A stretch of DNA of 64,000 bases. Origin: a virus. The translations under genes were made by a program, and so were the position numbers. Location: positions 1 to 64,000 of the IMG/VR virus record IMGVR_UViG_3300013094_004547; one strand, written 5' to 3'. Positions 8,960 through 18,124 of this stretch are shown one piece after another (the first letter of the stretch is position 1; every line of letters begins with the position of its first letter). The notes under the pieces were generated by a model. The model was given only the letters and a program-made list of their open reading frames with translations. It made no database searches and was not told where the DNA came from.

Positions 8960-9283
8960 TCAGGGCTTGGCGAAGCCGTGCTGGACGGCCGCGATCCAAG
9001 CGAGCGCCCGGCCGCTGCAGCGGCTTTTCTCGCGGTCGAGCACCTTGGCCCGGGCGATGATCCGGACGACGTCGCCCTGCGTCAGCGATCGATCCGGGAT
9101 GTCCGGGAAGCTGCCACGCAAGCAGGCCTCGATGCCCGCCGGCGGGGCCGGCAGCGTCACCCGGATGTCCAGGGGCGCGGCCGGATCGATCGCGGGCGGC
9201 TCGATCCTAGAGCTGGCGCAGCCGCCGGCTGAGAGGCTGAGGCACGCAGACATCACTCCGGCGCGAGTTCTTGGCGAGCACAT
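8960..9283 (-). CDS. Rz1-like outer-membrane spanin (lipoprotein)
   Basis: Lipobox-like AGGC, Pro-rich; overlaps the 3' end of the upstream TM gene in another frame. Confidence 0.65.
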   Translation of the reverse strand: MCSPRTRAGVMSACLSLSAGGCASSRIEPPAIDPAAPLDIRVTLPAPPAGIEACLRGSFPDIPDRSLTQGDVVRIIARAKVLDREKSRCSGRALAWIAAVQHGFAKP

Positions 9284-9656
9284 CGTTGAGATCCTTCAGC
9301 TTGACGCGGTCGGCCTGCTCGGCCGCGAGGTCGCGGGTGGCCTGCTCGGCGAGATCGCGGTTGAGGGCCTCGGCGAGATCGGCCCGCTCGCGCTCGGCCC
9401 GGACCGCGACGGCGTGGTCGTGCGCGAGCATGCGCTGGGCGCCGTCGGTCGCGGCGACCTGCCAGCAGAAGGCGAAGGCGGCGACGCCGGCGGCCACCGT
9501 GCGGCTGACGAGGCGCAGGCGCGCGGGCAGGACGACCCGCCCGAGCACCAGGATGAAGAAGGCGGCGCCGAGGATCTTCAGCGTCACCGACGAGATCGCA
9601 GCCCACAGCAAGGGTGCGACCGCCATCAGGATGCCGGTCCACGAGAAATCGAACAT
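9207..9656 (-). CDS. Rz-like inner-membrane spanin
   Basis: N-terminal TM segments, then coiled coil and C-terminal Cys; directly after the endolysin. Confidence 0.65.
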   Translation of the reverse strand: MFDFSWTGILMAVAPLLWAAISSVTLKILGAAFFILVLGRVVLPARLRLVSRTVAAGVAAFAFCWQVAATDGAQRMLAHDHAVAVRAERERADLAEALNRDLAEQATRDLAAEQADRVKLKDLNDVLAKNSRRSDVCVPQPLSRRLRQL

Positions 9657-10720
9657 CAGGCGGTCGCTCCGGAAAGCTTAGGGAAGCGGCGGGCGACGAA
9701 GCCCGGCATGGGCCGGCCGGCATCGTCCCAGCGCGCGTAGAGGGCGTAGGCGGCGCCGGCGACGATCAGCGCGCCCATGACGAAGCCGAAGACGGTGCCT
9801 GCCGAGATCTGCGCCTGCGCGCTCTCGGCCTGGTCCTTCAGTTCACTGACGCTCTGGGCGACCTCGGCGAAGCCGAAGGACCCGGCCACGCCCGCGCCCT
9901 GGACCGTGCGGCTCTGGGCGAGGTTCGCGTCCTTGGCCGGGACCGCCAGCGGCTCGGCGGTGTCGAGGGCGGCGAGCGTGTCGTCGTCGAGCTCGCCCGT
10001 GACGGGCAGGCCGGACTTCTTCTGCAACAGCTGCACGGAGGCGGTGGTGCGATCGCCGTGGTCGCCGTCGATCTTGCCCACGGGGTAGCGCAGCGCCTTC
10101 AGCTTCGCCTGGGCTGGGATCACCCGCAGCGCCGCCTTCGCCTTGCCGAGGTAGGCGCGGCATTCGGCGAGCCCGACCGTGCCGCCGTTGACGCGTCGGC
10201 GCAGGGACCCGACGTCGTCGGCATCGGCCAGCGCGTTGCAGTCGTTGTCGGTCCAGAAGGTCAGCGCGGCCGCGATCGCGCCAGCGGGCGTGCGCAGGCG
10301 GTCCGGATCGGCCTCGAACCCGGCGGCGCGGTAGTTCGCCCGGCCGGTGTTCTGCAAGAGGCCGCCGCCGCGGTACCGCCAGCCGTCGCCCGGGCGCACG
10401 TTACCCATCCGGCCGCCGTAAACCTTCTCGGCCAGCGCCTTCGGGTTGTCGGCGTAAGGCTTGGCCGAGGCCAGCGTCGGGAAACGCTTCGGCCAGACCT
10501 CGTGCAGCCGCGCGGCCGTGTAGAACAGGCTCTCCTCGAGGCGCGTGAAGCCTCCGGACTCGGTCGCCATCTGGGCGACGAAATGGGCGATCCGATCCGG
10601 CGTGGTGATCTCGGCCGCCGCGATCCGGTCGTCGGCCGCGTTGAGCGCGGCCACGATGTCGGCGCGCGCGTGCGGCGCGACGGCGGGGAGTATCCGCTTC
10701 CAGTCGGTCATGGCAGCCAT
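9656..10720 (-). CDS. Endolysin: GH19 domain, peptidoglycan-binding domain and C-terminal hydrophobic helices
   Basis: AHFVAQMATESGGF...EESL, GDGWRYRGGGLLQNTGRANY, VNGG; IDGDHGDRT...GLPVTGELD PG-binding motif. Confidence 0.9.
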   Translation of the reverse strand: MAAMTDWKRILPAVAPHARADIVAALNAADDRIAAAEITTPDRIAHFVAQMATESGGFTRLEESLFYTAARLHEVWPKRFPTLASAKPYADNPKALAEKVYGGRMGNVRPGDGWRYRGGGLLQNTGRANYRAAGFEADPDRLRTPAGAIAAALTFWTDNDCNALADADDVGSLRRRVNGGTVGLAECRAYLGKAKAALRVIPAQAKLKALRYPVGKIDGDHGDRTTASVQLLQKKSGLPVTGELDDDTLAALDTAEPLAVPAKDANLAQSRTVQGAGVAGSFGFAEVAQSVSELKDQAESAQAQISAGTVFGFVMGALIVAGAAYALYARWDDAGRPMPGFVARRFPKLSGATA

Positions 10721-10726
10721 CGGGGT

Positions 10727-10960
10727 TCAGAAGGGGATGGAGAGGCGCAGGCGCAGCGGCGCGAGCTCGTCGAGCTCCAGGGTGCGCAGGCGCTCGCCGT
10801 CCCGGATGAGCGTGCCGTTCGGCGCGATCGGCGCGGCGGCGAGCAGGCTTGCCGTGCTCGGCCGGGGCGGCAGGTGCGGTCGGCCGCGCGCAACACAGGG
10901 CACGGTGCTGGTCGCGAGGTGGAGGACGGCGACGATCGCCGCCAGTAGCAAGCAGCGCAT
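10727..10960 (-). CDS. Small secreted hypothetical protein
   Basis: Signal-peptide-like N-terminus; coupled to the upstream stop (TGATG). Confidence 0.5.
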   Translation of the reverse strand: MRCLLLAAIVAVLHLATSTVPCVARGRPHLPPRPSTASLLAAAPIAPNGTLIRDGERLRTLELDELAPLRLRLSIPF

Positions 10961-11355
10961 CAGTGCGCGTCCGCCACGCGACGGTCGAAGCCGACGATCT
11001 CCACCCGCACCCGGGCGAGGCCACAGGCTCGAAGCGCCCGACACGAACCGGACGACAGGTCGATCAGCCGGCCCAAGCGACGGTGCGGCCCGCGATCGTT
11101 TACCCGGACGATGATGCTCCGGCCGGTGGCCAGGTGCGTCACCCGCAGCCGGGTGTTGAAGGGGACGTCCCAGATCGCCGCCGTCAGGCTCATCGGGCGG
11201 AAATGCTCGCCGTTCGCCGTCCGGCCGCTCTTGTTAATGCGGAAGATCTCCCGACCGTAGGTCGAGGCGATCCCCTCCCAGGCATGGGCGGACGCGGGGG
11301 CGAGCAGCAGCGCGCAAGCGACGGCCGCCCGCAGCGCGAGGCGCTGCAGGAGCAT
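10960..11355 (-). CDS. RlpA-like lytic transglycosylase (double-psi beta barrel) with Sec signal peptide
   Basis: ASTYG...GRTANGE...LTAA...RVT...VRVNDRGP...RLIDLS. Confidence 0.88.
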   Translation of the reverse strand: MLLQRLALRAAVACALLLAPASAHAWEGIASTYGREIFRINKSGRTANGEHFRPMSLTAAIWDVPFNTRLRVTHLATGRSIIVRVNDRGPHRRLGRLIDLSSGSCRALRACGLARVRVEIVGFDRRVADAH

Positions 11356-11377
11356 GACGATCTCCGAGGTGCGGGGT

Positions 11378-11812
11378 TTAGGCGGCCTGGCCCTTGACCG
11401 TACCGCGGATCACGAGGGGCCCGAACGTCACGGGCGAGGCCGGCTTGCCGACCTCGGTAACCCAGATCTCGTGCTGGTAGAGACCGGTCGGCGGGAAGTC
11501 GGCCAGGTCCTGCGGGTCGATCGGCAGCACGACCATGAACCCGCCCTCGGGGTCGGGGACGACGGCGAGCACCTTTGTGAAGGCGCCCGGCGTGTCGGCG
11601 ATCCAGAACTGCGGGCCGAGCGGACGGCCGGCGGGCACCGGTCCGACCCACCACGCCGCGCTCGCGCCCGTGAGATCCGGGCGTGGAGAGGGTGGCGCGG
11701 GCGACGGCGGATCGGGATCGCGGATCGGCACCGTGTAGATCGCCGGCGCACCCTGAAACACCATGATCCGCTGGTCGAGCGCCGGTCCGTTCGTCGGGAC
11801 GGCGGTCGCCAT
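11378..11812 (-). CDS. Virion adaptor-like beta protein (BppU N-terminal-like)
   Basis: FQG...DLTGASA...GLYQHEIWV...VTFGPLVI pattern. Confidence 0.55.
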   Translation of the reverse strand: MATAVPTNGPALDQRIMVFQGAPAIYTVPIRDPDPPSPAPPSPRPDLTGASAAWWVGPVPAGRPLGPQFWIADTPGAFTKVLAVVPDPEGGFMVVLPIDPQDLADFPPTGLYQHEIWVTEVGKPASPVTFGPLVIRGTVKGQAA

Positions 11813-11814
11813 GG

Positions 11815-12102
11815 TCAGGCCGCCGCGGCGGGGGCGACAGGCGCGGCGTCGGCCGAAGCGTCCGTCACCAGCTCGGCGTAGCCCAACGCGATCAGCTTCG
11901 CCGCGCACTTGTCCGGCAGGCTCATCTCGGCGCCGTTCGGCACCTTCCAGACGGCGGAGAGGAGATCGGTGTCGGGGATCTCATGCGCGTCCGTCACCGG
12001 GCGGGACAGCGCCTTGGCCAGGTCGTTGAGCGGAACGGGCACGTCCGCCGCCTCGTAGACGAAGCGGTGCTCGATGCCCATCGTGACGCGGACAGACTTC
12101 AT
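11815..12102 (-). CDS. Hypothetical phage protein (95 aa)
   Basis: GGAG RBS; in operon. Confidence 0.65.
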   Translation of the reverse strand: MKSVRVTMGIEHRFVYEAADVPVPLNDLAKALSRPVTDAHEIPDTDLLSAVWKVPNGAEMSLPDKCAAKLIALGYAELVTDASADAAPVAPAAAA

Positions 12103-12170
12103 GAGTAATTCTCCGATGTCAGGATCAGCGCCGGAGGATCGGCGCCGAGTATTGCCGAATACGACTGCGA

Positions 12171-12752
12171 TCAGCCCGTGACCGCGGACAGGCTGACGGT
12201 GACGTTTAAGCTGTCCCCGCTCTGCATCGTGCGCGCGGCCGCGAAGTCCGCCGCGCCGATGATCGTGTCGGTGGTCGAGCCCCTGGCGTTGCTGGTCGCC
12301 ACGAAGGCGCCGGACACTGCGGTGTTGGCCGCATTGATCGCGAAGCTCGCCGGCGAGGCCGAGTTGTCGAGGGAGGCCGTGGTGGTGCCCGACACCGCGC
12401 CGAGCGTCAGCGTCGGCCGGTTGGCCGCCGCGTAGGCGGTGACCTCGGACCAGCCGGAGTGCGAGGCCGAGGTGTCGGCCTGGGCGATGGTGCCCGAGCC
12501 CTTCAGGCCGACGTAGAACGCGGCCGTGTAGGCGCTGCCCTTCCAGAACGTGGAGAGCATCAGCGCGAGGCCGGCGTTGGTGGTGAGGTTTTCGGCCTCG
12601 TCCTCCCAGAGCACCTTGCCGTCGCGGAAGCAGACGTACTTGTGCCGGACGATCGGGCGGAAACCGTGGGCAGCGAGCGCGCGCGCGACCATCTGGGCGC
12701 GCGACTCCACGTCGGCGACGCCCACGTCGCCGGTCAGCAGGTCCTGAAGCAT
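12171..12752 (-). CDS. Putative fibre/appendage subunit (193 aa, beta-rich)
   Basis: ENLTTNAG...FYVGL...WSEVTAY...NRPT...DNSASPASF...SGDSLNVT; resembles small phage structural proteins. Confidence 0.7.
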   Translation of the reverse strand: MLQDLLTGDVGVADVESRAQMVARALAAHGFRPIVRHKYVCFRDGKVLWEDEAENLTTNAGLALMLSTFWKGSAYTAAFYVGLKGSGTIAQADTSASHSGWSEVTAYAAANRPTLTLGAVSGTTTASLDNSASPASFAINAANTAVSGAFVATSNARGSTTDTIIGAADFAAARTMQSGDSLNVTVSLSAVTG

Positions 12753-12761
12753 GTCGGAGTC

Positions 12762-15353
12762 CTAGTGGCGCGTGGGGCCTTGCGGCATCAGCGTGAGCCG
12801 CATCGTGCCGGCGAGGGTGCGCTGTCCTAAGCGCCGGCCTTGGAGGGTGAGGGTGACGGTCCGGATGCCCCGGAGCTGCAGGGCTCCCGCGTAGGGATCC
12901 CCGGCCTGGAAGGCGGCGGTGAGCGCGGCCTGCGCGGCGAGTTGCGCCGCGGCCACGCCGCTGATGGTGGCCGCCGCGGTTTGGTCGAGCTGCGCCGTGA
13001 AGGCGAGGCTCGGCCCGGACACGCCGGTCGTCGCGGCAGCAAAGGTGGGGTCGACGGGCAGGTTCAGCGTGCCCGTGACGATCAGGCCGCCGCTCGCCAG
13101 CACCCGGGTCTGGGCCTGGAAGGTCGTCCCGGCCACGGCGTTCAGGACCGCGTCGGCGCTCTGGCTCGCCGCCCCGGCCAGCGCGATCGCCGCGTTCGCC
13201 CCGAGCGCGCCGGACGCCTGTTCGCCAACTGAGGCCGCGAGGGCCGCCAGGGCGGCCTGCCCGCTCTGCGCGGCGGCCGCCTGCAGCGCCGACGCCGCGA
13301 GCACGACCGCAGAGGCGAAGGATTGCCCACCAACGCTGGCGCCCGCGCCAAGGGCCTCGCCGAGCGCCGCGGCCGCGACCGCCACGGCCTGCACCTGCGC
13401 GCCCTGGCCTTCGGCTTGGCCCACCGCCACCGCGCCGGCGTAAAGGCCCGCCGCCGCACCCGAGAGACCGAGCGCCGCGGGCAGCGGAGCGGATGCGCTC
13501 GCCTGGCCCGTCCCGGCCGCGGCCGCGAGCACCTGGGCGGTCAGCGCGATCGCCGCCGCGTAGGCCTGCGCGCCACCGGTGCCGGCGCCGGTGCCCAGGG
13601 CCTCGCCGAGCGCCGTGGCGGCGATCATCAGGGCCTGCGACCGGGCGGCGAGCGCGTCGGCCTGCGCCAGACCCACGGCGCCAGCGTAGGAGCCGGTGGC
13701 CGCGCCGGACTGGCCCGCCACCGCCGGCAGGGCGAGCGCAGCCGCGGCCGCGGCCGTCCCAGATGCCGCGGCGAGCGCCTGGCCCGCGAGGATGACCGCC
13801 GCGGCATAGGCCTGCGTGCCGCCCGGGCTTGCGGACGACCCGACGGCCTTCGCCAGCGCCGCGGCGGCGGCTAGGATCGCGGAGCTGCCGGCCGACTGGG
13901 CCAGCGCGTGGGTGAGACCCATCGGCACCTGCGCGGCGGTCTGTGCGGCGCTTGATGCCGCGGGCACGGTGGCCAGGTTCGCGGCGCCAGTCGTCGCGGT
14001 CGTAGCGGAGCCCGACGCCGTAGTTACGGTGGCGAGGTTCGTCGCACCGGTCGTCACTGCCTGCCCGGCCGATGTCGCGACCGCCGAGGCGGCGAGCGCC
14101 ATGGCCGAGGCGTAGGCCGCCCCGCCCGTGCCGGACGCGGCGGCGAGCGCCATCATCAGCGCGGCGCCCTGCGCGGCCGTGAGCGCACCGGTGTCGGTCA
14201 GGCCGGCGCCCTGAGCCAGCGCGAGCGCCGAGGCCGCGGTCAGGCCGCCCGATGCCGCCTCACCTGCGAGCGCCGCGAGCGTGAGCGTGGTCGATGCCGC
14301 GACCTTCGCCGAGCCCGTCAGGCCCGCGATCTCGGCGAGCGCCGCCGTGGCCGCCACGCGGACGGAGGGGGAACTGGCGAGCACGGCCGCCGCAGCAAGC
14401 GGGATCTGTGCGCCCGCCACGGCTGCGCCCGACGCCGTCGCCGAGCCGATAGCTGCGAGGGAGGCCGCGCTCACCCCGGAGAGAAGCGCCGCGTTCAAAT
14501 GGGCCGGGGTGGCGGCGAGCGCGATGCTGGAGGCGTAGACCGCCCCGCCCGTCGAAACGGTCGGGGCGGCGGCCTTGTATGGGTTGTCCGAGCTGATTTT
14601 CGCTTGCGTGCCCTGCCGCCAGTGCAGGATGCTCTCAAGCTGAAATTTCTCATCGGCCGTCAGAACTCGGTCCACGACGCCGATGGCGCCGGCCGAACAC
14701 TTGGCCGCGTTGCAGTAGTTGTTGATCGTGTAGAAGACGCGGCCGCCCGTCGATCCGATCGAGGATTTCGTGCCGGTGCCGCTCGCCTCGACCACGCCGT
14801 TGACGCGCAGCTCGACCGCCACGCTGCCGGCCGTCGTATCGAGGGTCAGGATCGCGAGGCTCGGCCCCGCCGTGACGTCGCTCGTCCCGTGATAGCTGCC
14901 GGAGCCGCCCGCCCGGTCGGTGTACCACCAGTGCGGGCCGTCGTTGTTCCAACCGAACAGGTTCTCGACGCCGTCGCCGCCCTGGCCCCAGGACAGCAGG
15001 ACCGAGTTGCCGCCGCTGTCGGGGGCGGCCTGGATGAGCGCGAAGATCGTCACGTCGCTCTGGCCGGTGGGCAGGCCTGAGACGTTCGAGAGATCGAGAA
15101 ACTGCCCGCCATTCGTGACGACCGCGGGATTGCCGTTGAGGCCGGCCGTCGAATAGCTCGGCTGGTTTCCGGCGACCGGCATCGAGGCGACGACGGGCGC
15201 GCCGCCGGGGCGCGCACCGCCGGCGACGGACTCGTCGCTCCACTGCGAGATCGAGCCGGCCGATTGCGTGATGGTGGATGCGTCGAACGGATCGTAGAAC
15301 GCCGACAGGTCCGCCCCGAGGAGATCGCAGACCGTCTTGAGCCGCGCGCCCAT
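12762..15353 (-). CDS. 863 aa virion protein: N-terminal ConA/LamG-like domain plus ~28 Ala-rich 20-aa repeats
   Basis: FYDPFDASTITQSAGSISQWSD...QPSYSTAGLNGNP lectin-type start; 20-aa periodic Ala/Gly/Ser region at ~12885-14552. Confidence 0.75.
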   Translation of the reverse strand: MGARLKTVCDLLGADLSAFYDPFDASTITQSAGSISQWSDESVAGGARPGGAPVVASMPVAGNQPSYSTAGLNGNPAVVTNGGQFLDLSNVSGLPTGQSDVTIFALIQAAPDSGGNSVLLSWGQGGDGVENLFGWNNDGPHWWYTDRAGGSGSYHGTSDVTAGPSLAILTLDTTAGSVAVELRVNGVVEASGTGTKSSIGSTGGRVFYTINNYCNAAKCSAGAIGVVDRVLTADEKFQLESILHWRQGTQAKISSDNPYKAAAPTVSTGGAVYASSIALAATPAHLNAALLSGVSAASLAAIGSATASGAAVAGAQIPLAAAAVLASSPSVRVAATAALAEIAGLTGSAKVAASTTLTLAALAGEAASGGLTAASALALAQGAGLTDTGALTAAQGAALMMALAAASGTGGAAYASAMALAASAVATSAGQAVTTGATNLATVTTASGSATTATTGAANLATVPAASSAAQTAAQVPMGLTHALAQSAGSSAILAAAAALAKAVGSSASPGGTQAYAAAVILAGQALAAASGTAAAAAALALPAVAGQSGAATGSYAGAVGLAQADALAARSQALMIAATALGEALGTGAGTGGAQAYAAAIALTAQVLAAAAGTGQASASAPLPAALGLSGAAAGLYAGAVAVGQAEGQGAQVQAVAVAAAALGEALGAGASVGGQSFASAVVLAASALQAAAAQSGQAALAALAASVGEQASGALGANAAIALAGAASQSADAVLNAVAGTTFQAQTRVLASGGLIVTGTLNLPVDPTFAAATTGVSGPSLAFTAQLDQTAAATISGVAAAQLAAQAALTAAFQAGDPYAGALQLRGIRTVTLTLQGRRLGQRTLAGTMRLTLMPQGPTRH

Positions 15354-15354
15354 C

Positions 15355-15744
15355 TTACACCTTGGCGATCAGGGTCGGAGGCGCCGGCCACCAAGAGGCG
15401 TCGGCCACTTCGACGGTCACGGTCGCGGGGATGCCCTGGGCCACGAAGGCGGCCACGGTGAGCGGCGGGATGGCGGTCGGCTGCAGCACGAACGTCGCGC
15501 CCGGCACAGCCTCACAGTGCCGCACGACCCACTTGCCGTCGCTGCGCTGCCTCGGCACGTCCCAGGTGAGCGTGCGGGCGGCGTCGGGCATCGCCGCGCC
15601 GTCGCTCGCCCTCTTGCCGATGATGGCGCCCTGATCGTCTACGCCGTAGCCTTGCGCGGCGTAGACCGTACGCGCCCGGGTATCGATCCCGTCGACGCAA
15701 GCCTGCGCGCTCGCCTGATTGGGGAATACGTAGTAGCGAGGCAT
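15355..15744 (-). CDS. Hypothetical protein, possible fibre chaperone
   Basis: 129 aa; ends 1 nt before the next start; TLTWDVP...DGKW motif. Confidence 0.65.
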   Translation of the reverse strand: MPRYYVFPNQASAQACVDGIDTRARTVYAAQGYGVDDQGAIIGKRASDGAAMPDAARTLTWDVPRQRSDGKWVVRHCEAVPGATFVLQPTAIPPLTVAAFVAQGIPATVTVEVADASWWPAPPTLIAKV

Positions 15745-15805
15745 GCGTCGGGCTCCCGGCGAGCAGGGTCAGGGGCCAATCAAGGCGCGGTCGGAACGGA
15801 GGGCG

Positions 15806-17377
15806 TCAGATCTCGCTGTCGAGCGTGACGAAGATGTTGCCCTGGGTGTTGATGCCGGTCACCGTCATAGACAGGGTGACGTTGGTGGCATCGACCGAGA
15901 CGACCAACGCGCTCGCCGAGGCGACCGACGCGCCGCCGGTCCCGACGGTCGAGACGCCGACCCGGAACTTCGTTGGCGGCATCGCCAGACCGTGTGGGAT
16001 CTGGAGATAGCCGCCGCCGTTCGCAGTGGCGTAGGTGCCGACCTTGGTCGAGCGCACCGAGCCGGCTTGCGCGCCGCCGCTGACCCGTAGCAGGCCCGTG
16101 CCCGGGGCTTGGTTGGCCGAGCCGACATCCACTGTGGCGAGCAGGCTCGAATTCGAGAACTCGATGGCGTGATCGGCACCGAAGCCATGCATGGTGTTGG
16201 CCGAGAACGTCGCCGTGATGCCCGGCACGAACTGCGCGGCCATGGATCCGAACGCGATCTCGTTGCCGATGATCTGCACGCCCAGGGCCTGAGCCCCGCC
16301 GACGCCGGCTATGTTCTGGATCGCCGGAGCGTTCGCGTTGACCGCGGAGATGTAATTCCCCTGGATCAGGACGCCCTGCACCCCGGAATTGTTATAGCCA
16401 GCCGGCTCGAACCGGATCGCGCCCTTGGCCGACCCCTGATCGGCCATGTTGCCGATGACGCGCATCGACAGCCCCGAGGAGAGCGTCAGGAACGGACCGC
16501 CGGTGAGCACGCTCTCGTTGAGCGCGACGAGCGTCCCCTCCGGCCGAGCGGCAGACCCGTTGTCGCCGATCCAACCGCCCTGCCCCGTGCCGCCCATGTA
16601 GTTCCGGACGACTTGGCAATTGATGCTGATCAGGTTCGGGTCGGTTCGGATCTGTTGCCAAGTCAGCGCGTTGGGGCGCAGATTGGTGATGGAATTGTCG
16701 AAGACGTGATTGTTGGACCCAGTAAACCGGATCATCGGCGAAGCGTTGGTCGAATGGATCGCCGTCAGCGTGTTGCCGAAGACGTCGTTCGCTTGGCTGT
16801 TGAAATTGAATAACGAGCCCGATGGGCCGGTATGCGCGATCTTGAGGCCGTGGATCTTGGCGTTGTAGGTCGTGCCGACGAAGGTATCGACCGCAGCCGT
16901 CGTCGAGATCGAACCGCCGGTGCCGACGATTTCGACCTGGTCGACGTTGACCGACGTGTTGATCACGTAGCTCACGCCGCCGGGCGCGGCCGGCACGACG
17001 AGGGGGCGGTTGGCAGCGCGGGCTGCCGCGACGGCCTGGGTAAAGGCGGCCGACACGTCATTGCCAGCAGCTAGATCTGCGGCCGCCACAAAGCCGAGGA
17101 CGCTGATGCCGTTGGCGACGGCGATGTCTGGAAGCTTCGGCGCGATCGGGGCGCCGGGCAGCGGAACGGTCAGGCCGCTGGCGTCGCCGTTCTTCGGCAG
17201 TAGGCCCGACAAGTCCTGGGTCGCGCCCGGGGCCCCCTTCTGCGCCGCGACGTAATCGGCGAGCGACCCGGTGTTGCCGAGCGCGAGCCACGCCTGATAG
17301 GCGCTCTGTCCGGTTTGCCCGGCCGGGCCGGCGACGAGGAGGATCGCGCCGGCGAGCGACGCGGTGCGGATTGCCAT
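15806..17377 (-). CDS. Tail spike/fibre with parallel beta-helix (depolymerase-like)
   Basis: GQSAYQAW collagen-associated start; GNDVSAAFTQAV pectate-lyase-3-like motif; repeated N/G-rich beta strands. Confidence 0.75.
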   Translation of the reverse strand: MAIRTASLAGAILLVAGPAGQTGQSAYQAWLALGNTGSLADYVAAQKGAPGATQDLSGLLPKNGDASGLTVPLPGAPIAPKLPDIAVANGISVLGFVAAADLAAGNDVSAAFTQAVAAARAANRPLVVPAAPGGVSYVINTSVNVDQVEIVGTGGSISTTAAVDTFVGTTYNAKIHGLKIAHTGPSGSLFNFNSQANDVFGNTLTAIHSTNASPMIRFTGSNNHVFDNSITNLRPNALTWQQIRTDPNLISINCQVVRNYMGGTGQGGWIGDNGSAARPEGTLVALNESVLTGGPFLTLSSGLSMRVIGNMADQGSAKGAIRFEPAGYNNSGVQGVLIQGNYISAVNANAPAIQNIAGVGGAQALGVQIIGNEIAFGSMAAQFVPGITATFSANTMHGFGADHAIEFSNSSLLATVDVGSANQAPGTGLLRVSGGAQAGSVRSTKVGTYATANGGGYLQIPHGLAMPPTKFRVGVSTVGTGGASVASASALVVSVDATNVTLSMTVTGINTQGNIFVTLDSEI

Positions 17378-17378
17378 C

Positions 17379-18056
17379 TCAAGCCTGCTCGATCTGCGCG
17401 GCGTTCGCGGTGTGGTGGATCAGGCCGTAGAAGGCCAGGACCGTCAGGCCCGTGGCGGGGTCGTTAGCCGTGATCGCGTAGGGATAACCCTCGGGCTTGA
17501 CCGGCACCCGGGCCATGGTCGCGCGCGGCACAATCATAGCGAGCGTGCCAGCAGCGCCGCCATTGGCGATGGTCGGGTTCTGCCCGGCGCTCGTGGCCGC
17601 CACGGCGATCGACGCGGCACTCACCGACGCCCGCGCGTCCAGGTTGAAGACCAAGCCCGTGATGTCGAGCGGGGCGGGCATCACCGTGATCGCGAAGCTG
17701 TCACCGACGACGAACGGCGTCGCGCCCTGGGTCAGGGTGAAGGTGATCCCGGCAGCGTAGAGCGGCAGCCCGACCACGCCCGAGGCCGTGACCGTCCCAT
17801 CCGGCGCGGTGACGCTGATCCGGGGTAGCCCGAGGGCCACCGCCGTCACCGCGACCACGTGGGCGCCGTAGGGCGACCCGGCGGCGACCGATGCCACCGC
17901 GAGACCGCCGTTGCCGACGTTGTCGTCCCCGGCGCGCACGCCGCCAGTCGACGGCGTGCCGATCACCGGCAAGCCATCGAGCCAGTCGAAGATCTGCGTC
18001 GTGTCGAAATCGACCCGCTGCGGCTGGATCAGGGCGAGGTTCGACATCGGTGCCAA
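17379..18056 (-). CDS. Virion adaptor/structural protein
   Basis: GNGG...VTAPDG...GITFTLTQGATPFVVGDSFAITV beta domain, then a PLDITG adaptor motif. Confidence 0.65.
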   Translation of the reverse strand: MAPMSNLALIQPQRVDFDTTQIFDWLDGLPVIGTPSTGGVRAGDDNVGNGGLAVASVAAGSPYGAHVVAVTAVALGLPRISVTAPDGTVTASGVVGLPLYAAGITFTLTQGATPFVVGDSFAITVMPAPLDITGLVFNLDARASVSAASIAVAATSAGQNPTIANGGAAGTLAMIVPRATMARVPVKPEGYPYAITANDPATGLTVLAFYGLIHHTANAAQIEQA

Positions 18057-18124
18057 GCCTCATACGGCATGAAAAAACAGCCCGGAGGGGGCGCGGTCGA
18101 CCCGTGCGGGAGCCCGCAGTCGGA

